64,000 nt of DNA from Thermoproteota archaeon. GTDB lineage: Archaea; Thermoproteota; Thermoprotei_A; EX4484-217-1. A program made the translations under genes and the position numbers. Below are positions 57,455-64,000 of this stretch, in pieces. The stretch covers positions 12,801 through 76,800 of the forward strand of contig JAPDJU010000003.1 in NCBI GenBank assembly GCA_029258915.1, given 5' to 3'. The notes under the pieces were generated by a model. It saw only the letters and a program-made list of their open reading frames with translations, was not told the DNA's origin and ran no database searches. Each line of letters opens with the position of its first letter. The first letter of the stretch is position 1.

Positions 57455-58516
57455 ATGACCGGAAAAACTGTATGGCTAGATGTTTTAACGCCTAAGCAAG
57501 CATTGTTAATGCATTATTTATCTTTAAAGCTTAGAAGCAAAGGTTATGAGACAATAATTACGTGTAGAAAATACGATTACATTGAATCTTTACTTGAAGG
57601 CTATGAGGAAAAATTTGTTTCTATAGGAGAACATGGAGGAAGGTCTCTTAGCAGAAAACTTGCAGCTTACGCTAAGAGAACACTTGAACTGACAAAGCTT
57701 ATAAACGAAGTTAGCCCTTCAGTTCTTATTTCATACCCTAGCCCTAGCGGATGCAGGGTTGCTTTTGGACTTGGTATACCCATTATTTTAATGAATGATA
57801 CTCCACACGCAGAAGCAGTGAACAAACTTACAATACCATTAGCTAATTACCTTATATTCTCAAAATGCGTACCATTAGAAGCATTTAAACCCTATACTTT
57901 GCCCGGAACCAAAATCTACCAGTTTAATGGTGTTGACGAACTTGAATGGGTTATCAACTATAAACCACCTAAGCAGTTTAAAGAAAAAACACTTTCAATA
58001 ATTAATTTAGATAAACCTTTCATAATATTTAGACCTGAGGAAACCCAAGCATCATACTATAAATATAGGCCGGTATTTCATAAAGTGTTAAAATATATAG
58101 CATCTAGGTTTGACGGAACAATAGTATTTTTACCTAGGTATGAGCATCAAAGAAAACATGTTTTAAAGCGTTTTAAAAACATAATTGTGCCGGAAACAGC
58201 GTTAGATCTAAGAGTATTATATCCCAAAGCAAGCTTAGTTATTACAGGAGGTGCTACTATAGCTAGGGAAGCAGCTTTAATGGGTACACCTTCTATAAGC
58301 TATTTTCCAAGAAAAACCCCAGTTAACGAATGTGTAAGCTCATGGGGATTTCCTTTATACAATACGTATGATTGGGTTTCTCTAAGAAAACATATAAATA
58401 CTCTTCTTGAAGAACGAATGAGACTTAATGAAAATCAGCTTAGAAAAATCTATTTACAACTGGAAAAACCAAGTACTGCAGTAATAAAAGTGTTAGAAGA
58501 GCTGAATAACGAATGA
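57455..58516 (+). CDS. DUF354-family protein (GT-B/epimerase-like fold)
   Basis: 353 aa. VWLDVLTPKQALLMHYLSLKLRSKGYETIITCRKYD matches the conserved N-terminus I recall for DUF354. Confidence 0.55.
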   Translation: MTGKTVWLDVLTPKQALLMHYLSLKLRSKGYETIITCRKYDYIESLLEGYEEKFVSIGEHGGRSLSRKLAAYAKRTLELTKLINEVSPSVLISYPSPSGCRVAFGLGIPIILMNDTPHAEAVNKLTIPLANYLIFSKCVPLEAFKPYTLPGTKIYQFNGVDELEWVINYKPPKQFKEKTLSIINLDKPFIIFRPEETQASYYKYRPVFHKVLKYIASRFDGTIVFLPRYEHQRKHVLKRFKNIIVPETALDLRVLYPKASLVITGGATIAREAALMGTPSISYFPRKTPVNECVSSWGFPLYNTYDWVSLRKHINTLLEERMRLNENQLRKIYLQLEKPSTAVIKVLEELNNE

Positions 58517-59265
58517 AATGGAATATTATTGAAAACGAGCTCTATAGGGATTTCGGATATTCTCCTCAGAATTTTAATTACAGATTAGAACATGTTTTTC
58601 ACAGTATTTCCAATGTTGTTAAACATGGAAGAAAAGTGTTAATAATAACTTATTTCTATGGTAAAGAAAAACCTGAGGTCGATGGTGTTCTAGGAAGTAT
58701 AGCATTAATTTTAGTATTCAAAAATATGGGTTTAAAATCAACAATAATATCAACACGTGAGGTCATTAGTTCCATAGCCTCGGCCGTTAAAGCATTAGAC
58801 TTAAACATATTGAAGAACAGCGGTCTTTCCTTACATGTTATACCAAAAGATTATGATAAAGTAGTACGTATGTCATTTAATGTTTTAGTCAAAAATAAAC
58901 CGGATATAGTATTTTCCATAGGGAGAAATAGTAGGTTAAAGCCTCTTAATATTATAGTTAATTTAATAGTTAAAACTGATATTCCACACTATGCTATATC
59001 TAAACTTGGATATGAAACATATAGTATGGAAACTTTACACTACCCTATAGTAAACCTTGCTCTATACGCTCTTGGAAATGCGTTAGCTGCTAAGTTTACG
59101 GGAAAACCCTTGTACAATAGTATCATAGAGAAAAGACTCTATGAAAAACTAGTACCAAAAACTTTACAACCATACTACGTTTATATATCTGGTTCTGGGA
59201 AAATGGAGGTTGATATTGATTTTATTCTTTCTAAAATAGAGAGAATAAACAATTTGGTGGTGTAA
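58513..59265 (+). CDS. Hypothetical protein (weakly DUF4392-like)
   Basis: 250 aa with a 4-nt overlap with the upstream gene. EVDGVLGSIALILVFKNMG faintly resembles the ETDGPPGA...LG block of DUF4392. This is very tentative. Confidence 0.3.
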   Translation: MKWNIIENELYRDFGYSPQNFNYRLEHVFHSISNVVKHGRKVLIITYFYGKEKPEVDGVLGSIALILVFKNMGLKSTIISTREVISSIASAVKALDLNILKNSGLSLHVIPKDYDKVVRMSFNVLVKNKPDIVFSIGRNSRLKPLNIIVNLIVKTDIPHYAISKLGYETYSMETLHYPIVNLALYALGNALAAKFTGKPLYNSIIEKRLYEKLVPKTLQPYYVYISGSGKMEVDIDFILSKIERINNLVV

Positions 59266-59268
59266 TTT

Positions 59269-60114
59269 ATGGAAAGATTCATTGGATGGAGTATATGGTA
59301 TGGTAGTAAGGATGTTGAAAAAGAGCTAGCTAAACTTCTAGAAAACGGATTCAATTACTTAGAAATTTCACTTGATTATCCATGGCCATTTGATGAGGAT
59401 AGGCTATCACGTATAATCAGTAAGGCTAAAGACTTGGGATTTAAAATAGCATTTCATGGACCATGGAGAGATATTAGACTTGCAAGCCCTCATAGAATAA
59501 TATCTGAAGCATCACGAACCATACTAGGGAAAGTTATCGATCTCGCAGCAAAGTATGAACCAGAATATTTCAATGCACATCTAATATCAGATGAGATAAC
59601 ATTTGATGAGAAAGTGAAAAATGAAGTACTAAGGGAAGCACGTAAAGCAGTACGTTTTCTCCAAAAAATCTCTGAAGAGAAGGGAATCACAGTTACTATA
59701 GAAAATAATCCTCATGGATACTTTTCCTTACCCTCCCACTTTAACGACCTAGGTAGTTTAGATTCACTATATTTCTGTTTAGATATAGGTCATGCAATGG
59801 TCGGTTATTTCAATGTAGGTGAGAGAAACTTTGATGCAATAAGTGTAGCTAAAGAATGGATAAATATTGTTGGTAATAATAGAATTTTAACTTTACACCT
59901 ACATGATGTCATACAGTCGGGTAGAATGTTGCTAAACCACTACTTTTTCGGTTGTGGTATAGTGAATTTAGAAAACCTATGTAAGTTCCTATGTAAAAAT
60001 ATTGACGCTAAATATATGCTTTTAGAACTATTTCATAAGGATAAAAATGTCAAACATTTTTCCGAAAAGGAAGCTGTAAAAATTATTCAGAAGTACTGCT
60101 TAAAGCTAAGGTAG
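59269..60114 (+). CDS. Xylose isomerase-like TIM-barrel protein (sugar phosphate isomerase/epimerase family)
   Basis: 281 aa. GFNYLEISLD, FHGPW, NAHL, IEN and LHLHD form the pattern typical of AP endonuclease 2/xylose isomerase-like barrels. Confidence 0.6.
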   Translation: MERFIGWSIWYGSKDVEKELAKLLENGFNYLEISLDYPWPFDEDRLSRIISKAKDLGFKIAFHGPWRDIRLASPHRIISEASRTILGKVIDLAAKYEPEYFNAHLISDEITFDEKVKNEVLREARKAVRFLQKISEEKGITVTIENNPHGYFSLPSHFNDLGSLDSLYFCLDIGHAMVGYFNVGERNFDAISVAKEWINIVGNNRILTLHLHDVIQSGRMLLNHYFFGCGIVNLENLCKFLCKNIDAKYMLLELFHKDKNVKHFSEKEAVKIIQKYCLKLR

Positions 60115-60120
60115 GAGGTT

Positions 60121-60780
60121 ATGAGCTTAGTTCTTGGAATAGACGAGGCAGGGAAAGGGCCTGTAGTTGGAAGCATGTTTGTTGCTGGAGTAGTTATTAG
60201 AGAGGACAGAGTTCAAGCTTTAAGGAAACTTGGAGTTAAAAATAGTAAACTTCTAACTAAACATATGAGAAATGTCATGTTCAACATTGTAAAAACATAT
60301 GCGGAAAAAATTTATGTTAGAGAAGTTAAGCCTGAGGTTATAGATAAAACAAATATAAACAATGTTCTCTTAGGAGAATTCTTAAATATCATCAAGGATG
60401 CTTTAGAGGAATTTTATGGAAAAATCAAGTTAATAATTATAGATTTACCCTCAATATCTCCTAGTAAGGTAAAACAGGCCATAATGCTGCTTGGCTTTAG
60501 AGGTAACATTGTCGTTGAACATTTCGCCGATAAGAAGTATGCTGCTGTATCTGCAGCTTCTATTGTTGCTAAGACTTATAGAGAAAAACATATTGGAGAA
60601 CTCAAGAAAATCTATGGAGACTTTGGAAGCGGTTACCCGTCAGACGTTAAAACGGTTTCTTGGATCAAAGATTTTTACCGTAAAGAAGGATACTTACCTC
60701 CTATTGTCAGGAAAAGCTGGAAAACGATTAGGAAAATAGCTCCTACAGAATATGTTGAGAAGAAGAAAAAGAAAAGGTGA
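60121..60780 (+). CDS. rnhB: Ribonuclease HII
   Basis: GIDEAGKGPVVGSMFVAG, SAASIVAK and GSGYPSD. Confidence 0.9.
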   Translation: MSLVLGIDEAGKGPVVGSMFVAGVVIREDRVQALRKLGVKNSKLLTKHMRNVMFNIVKTYAEKIYVREVKPEVIDKTNINNVLLGEFLNIIKDALEEFYGKIKLIIIDLPSISPSKVKQAIMLLGFRGNIVVEHFADKKYAAVSAASIVAKTYREKHIGELKKIYGDFGSGYPSDVKTVSWIKDFYRKEGYLPPIVRKSWKTIRKIAPTEYVEKKKKKR

Positions 60781-60787
60781 ATAAACA

Positions 60788-61969
60788 ATGGTTACGAACT
60801 TACCTGCCGAAGCGAAAGCTAAATGGATTAAAGTTATGGAGGCTAAAACTCCTGAAGAAAAACTTAGAGCATTAGAGGAGTTTCTATCTGCTGTTCCTAG
60901 ACATAAGGGTACAGAGAAGCTTATAGGTCGTGTTAGAAGACAAATGGCTGTTCTAAGGAGAGAGATTGAGGAAAAGAGAAAAAGAAAAGCAGGGAAAGGG
61001 CCTAAATTTTTCGTGGAAAAAGAAGGAGCAGCTCAAATAATTATCTTAGGCTTTACAAACTCCGGAAAAAGCCAGTTGCTTAGAGCATTAACGAACGCTA
61101 AACCGCAAGTTTCTCCCATACCATATACAACAAGGTTACCTGTAATAGGTATGATGCCTTTTAAAGATATTAAATTCCAACTTGTTGAAGCCCCTGCACT
61201 TTTTGAAGGAGCAGCTAAAGGTGCAGGTTGGGGTCTTAAGACACTTGGTTTAGCAAGAAACGCTGATGCGATATTAATTGTTCTTGATGGAGTAAATAAT
61301 CCCTTAGGGCAGCTTAAAACTACTCTTAAGGAGTTAGAGGAAGCTAGAATTACAATAGGTAAGCCTAAAGGTAAAGTTGAAATTACAAGGAAAAGTGCAG
61401 GAGGAATACAGGTAGTTGTTTTCGGGAAAATAGTTAATGGTACCGTAAGAGATGTTAGAAAAATTCTAAAGGACTATAAAATACATCATGCCCTAGTTAA
61501 AATATATGGTGAAGTTTCTTTAGACGAAATAGAAATTTCCATATTTGGAGGAATAATGTATAAACCTGCAATAGTGTTAATTAACAAATCAGACATGCTA
61601 ACTAAAGATAAAATAGAGTATATCGTTGGCAAGATTCAAGAAATTATAGGAGGCCATGTAAAGGTATTTCCTATTTCTGCCCTTAAAGGCGTAAACGTGG
61701 AAACTTTAGGTGAAGCATTATTTAACACCTTAGAACTTATAAGGGTATATACTAAGCAACCTGGGGTTGACGAGTCTTCTCCAGAGCCTTTAGTTTTACG
61801 TAAGGGTGCAACGGTTCTCGATGTTGCTGAAAGAATCCATTCTAGGCTATCTAAAAACTTTAGGTATGCTAAAATTTGGGGTCCTTCAGCTAAATATCCT
61901 GGTGAACGTGTTGGAGGAAACCATGTAGTTATGGATGGAGATATTGTTGAAATCCATGCTAAAGCCTAA
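60788..61969 (+). CDS. OBG/DRG-family GTPase with a C-terminal TGS domain
   Basis: G1 is GFTNSGKS, G4 is NKSD, and the C-terminus is TGS-like (VLRKGATVLDVAERIHSRL). Confidence 0.85.
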   Translation: MVTNLPAEAKAKWIKVMEAKTPEEKLRALEEFLSAVPRHKGTEKLIGRVRRQMAVLRREIEEKRKRKAGKGPKFFVEKEGAAQIIILGFTNSGKSQLLRALTNAKPQVSPIPYTTRLPVIGMMPFKDIKFQLVEAPALFEGAAKGAGWGLKTLGLARNADAILIVLDGVNNPLGQLKTTLKELEEARITIGKPKGKVEITRKSAGGIQVVVFGKIVNGTVRDVRKILKDYKIHHALVKIYGEVSLDEIEISIFGGIMYKPAIVLINKSDMLTKDKIEYIVGKIQEIIGGHVKVFPISALKGVNVETLGEALFNTLELIRVYTKQPGVDESSPEPLVLRKGATVLDVAERIHSRLSKNFRYAKIWGPSAKYPGERVGGNHVVMDGDIVEIHAKA

Positions 61970-62405
61970 ACTTCTTAGGTACTATAATCTCAATTATTGA
62001 GAAGTTTTCATACTTTCTAACTTGAAACTTTGCAACATCAGCATCTTCAGGTAACATTACAGTTTTTCTATATTCTCTAAACGTTGTTTGTCTTTGTATT
62101 ATCCATCTATCTAATCTAATGTCCTTTTTAAGCTGACATCTTATTTCAACAGTATTATATTTGCCTGTAATAGACAATGTTTTTAAATTGGCTAAAGGTA
62201 AGTCAACAATTATAACATATTTATTGTCTGTCTCTTTAACCTCAATTAAAGGTTCTAATGTACCGTCACTACCCCACATGGATTTTGCCTCATATTGCCC
62301 CAGAAACCTGTCAATAATTTCTTCAAATTCTCTTTCAATTTCTTCTTCAAATTCTCTAATTATTTCAAATATGTCTCTTCTTTTTCTTCTCCTACTTTCA
62401 AACAT
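61959..62405 (-). CDS. Hsp20/alpha-crystallin-like small heat shock protein
   Basis: 148 aa. DVKETDNKYVIIVDLP...F.R...LPEDADV...A.Y.NG-like beta-sandwich pattern, with an acidic helical N-terminus. Confidence 0.5.
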   Translation of the reverse strand: MFESRRRKRRDIFEIIREFEEEIEREFEEIIDRFLGQYEAKSMWGSDGTLEPLIEVKETDNKYVIIVDLPLANLKTLSITGKYNTVEIRCQLKKDIRLDRWIIQRQTTFREYRKTVMLPEDADVAKFQVRKYENFSIIEIIVPKKFRL

Positions 62406-62429
62406 GATATCATCCTCCTACTAAGAAGT

Positions 62430-63251
62430 TTAAACATACATTAGAGGTAGCTGTCTTTCGTAGCCTTTTCTTAACCTATCAAGAACCTTTTTAGTACTTA
62501 ACATAAGCTCTCTTGTCTTTAACCTTATTTCCTCAGCTTTCTCTAAGAGCGGTTTTAGATTAATTTGTACATTAAGCATTTTAGATAACACATTTAATAC
62601 TTCGACGGCTGCTGCTGGATCAGGAAATTCTACAAATGCTTCTGCAAACAACACTATGTTACTTACCCTTTTCCTCTTAGCTTCCTTAAGAATTATAGCA
62701 TATGGACCTACTATGAAGCCCTCTTGGAATTTTTTAATACCCAGTTTTTCCATGATCTCTTCTCCTTCTTTAGATGTTGATGTCCAATATACTGAGGGCT
62801 TCTCAATGTTGACTCTGTTTGGTACACCTATTCCTACAGGTGAAACTATATGGTCTATGCCCTTTTTCCTAGCGTAATCTACGATTAGAAATGCTATTGG
62901 ATGTATTGCTGCCGGTGATATAGGTATTTCAGAAATCATAACTAACGTGTTATCCTTATGAAATATTCTTAAAGGAGGTTTAGGTTCTCCATTATGAATG
63001 ACTGTTATGGGTGGGAAGTAGCGGTAAGAATCTACACCGCCAACTTCCTCCATTTTTAAAGCATCAACAATATAACTTGTAGATATGGAAGCTACAAGAC
63101 CAGTATCTGGAAGGCCAAGCATTAAGTACGATGGAGTCTTGAGTTTTATTTCCTTAGTCTCAAAAATTGTTAATCCATCATACTCTTCTGTATAGTACAT
63201 AATTACACCTAAAATATCATATAGGGGCTCCTGACTAAGTAGTTTTTCCAC
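62430..63251 (-). CDS. PAC2-family (proteasome assembly chaperone-like) protein
   Basis: 273 aa. LMLGLPDTGLVASISTSYIV and a C-terminal helical tail are typical of archaeal PAC2 proteins. Confidence 0.6.
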   Translation of the reverse strand: MEKLLSQEPLYDILGVIMYYTEEYDGLTIFETKEIKLKTPSYLMLGLPDTGLVASISTSYIVDALKMEEVGGVDSYRYFPPITVIHNGEPKPPLRIFHKDNTLVMISEIPISPAAIHPIAFLIVDYARKKGIDHIVSPVGIGVPNRVNIEKPSVYWTSTSKEGEEIMEKLGIKKFQEGFIVGPYAIILKEAKRKRVSNIVLFAEAFVEFPDPAAAVEVLNVLSKMLNVQINLKPLLEKAEEIRLKTRELMLSTKKVLDRLRKGYERQLPLMYV

Positions 63252-63512
63252 ATACTTATGTAGTATTTAATCATGCGTTGAAATAATGAATCTGTTGTTA
63301 CAGCAATGATATGGTTCAAGGATAATTCTAAAATTTATTTAAATGCTCAATGCAAAGATGGTACATTACATAATGAAGTATTAACGTAAATATATAATTC
63401 CATGTTGAAGGAGTTCTTTAAATAACCATTAGAGAGTTTTCACTTAGTCATATACATGTGTTTGTGTAGGTCTCAAGTTAAGTTTAAATCCCATATTTAA
63501 TATACATTATAC

Positions 63513-63665
63513 ATGGTGAAGAACATGCCCAAGTGTCCAAAGTGTGGAGCTGAAGTAGAGAAGCCAATAAAGACATGGGTACTAGCACCAAAGGGTAGAA
63601 AGGGCGTCAAGATCGGTCTCTTTAAATGTCCAAACGCTCACTACTTCAGAGCTAAGGTAGAGTAA
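63513..63665 (+). CDS. cren7: Cren7-family chromatin protein, Cys/His-containing variant
   Basis: 50-aa ORF below the track cutoff: [50 protein letters not shown]. The core [16 protein letters not shown]....YFR.K is the Cren7 signature. The ATG at 63525 is an alternative start. Confidence 0.75.
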   Translation: MVKNMPKCPKCGAEVEKPIKTWVLAPKGRKGVKIGLFKCPNAHYFRAKVE

Positions 63666-63751
63666 ACACCAGAACTAAAGTAAGTTTGTCTTAAACTAAA
63701 ACAAAACTATATTTTTTCTAAATAATTTTCAAAAACTTATTAAGAAGCTAA

Positions 63752-64000
63752 TTATATTGCCCCGAACTTCTCAGTCCATTCTTCATAGCTTCTAATCATA
63801 CTTTTACTTATACTTGGTCTTCTTCTCCTTATTATTTCAATGAAGTCTTCCATGGTTACTGCTCTTGGTTCCCCATAGGCTCCTCCTGTTTCTTTAAAGA
63901 ATTCTTCAACAACTTTATCTTGGGCTTCACGACATATATCTTCAATATCGCTACTGGAATAGCCCTCAGTCATTATGGCTAATTCTTCTATGTTTACGTT
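63752..64000 (-). CDS. cdvC: CdvC/Vps4-like AAA+ ATPase, C-terminal fragment (continues beyond window)
   Basis: The C-terminus reads GYSSSDIEDICREA...RRPSISKSMIRSYEEWTEKFGAI, like the Vps4/CdvC C-terminal helix. The frame stays open to the window edge. Confidence 0.7.
   Translation of the reverse strand, partial: NVNIEELAIMTEGYSSSDIEDICREAQDKVVEEFFKETGGAYGEPRAVTMEDFIEIIRRRRPSISKSMIRSYEEWTEKFGAI

Noticed and set aside
1-64000. CRISPR arrays, rRNA genes, tRNA genes and prophage or large integrated elements
   Set aside because: I found no regularly spaced direct repeats, no rRNA-like GC-rich long blocks, no cloverleaf-type GC-rich 70-90-nt islands with a GTTCRAATC-type T-arm, and no integrase. 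The only mobile-element signal is the solo tnpB.

Overview
This is an AT-rich archaeal chromosome segment, roughly one-third G+C by eye, coding densely on both strands with about 75 protein genes. Many start and stop codons overlap, which suggests operons.

Several markers point to a hyperthermophilic crenarchaeote (Thermoprotei, Desulfurococcales-like):
- a Cren7-family chromatin protein
- a CdvC/Vps4 fragment
- NucS, TIP49, Rio2 and LSm
- archaeal-type SAM synthetase
- DUF460
- ATP-dependent DNA ligase
- C/D box sRNAs

Most of the window is housekeeping: upp, lig, pyrG, rnhB, a DRG GTPase, a GlmM-like mutase and a GPN-loop GTPase. It also carries two metal-uptake loci with their regulators (tupABC with a ModE-like fusion regulator, and a Znu/Tro-type ABC system with a DtxR-type repressor).

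The least ordinary parts are:
1. An eight-gene MoxR-DUF58 operon (80-8945) that ends in an exosortase/archaeosortase-family membrane protein.
2. A GC-rich island of about 240 nt (23885-24115) that looks like a structured RNA gene. Its 5' half resembles an SRP-RNA Alu domain, but the rest does not fit standard SRP or RNase P architecture.
3. A solo IS200/IS605-type tnpB with a GC-rich 3' end (candidate omega RNA) that abuts a decayed, gene-poor 500-bp stretch.
4. Two unannotated C/D box sRNA candidates.
5. A 50-aa Cren7-like protein with an apparent CxxC...CxxxH zinc knuckle.

I saw no CRISPR array, rRNA or tRNA. All family assignments come from motifs read by eye; no searches were run.
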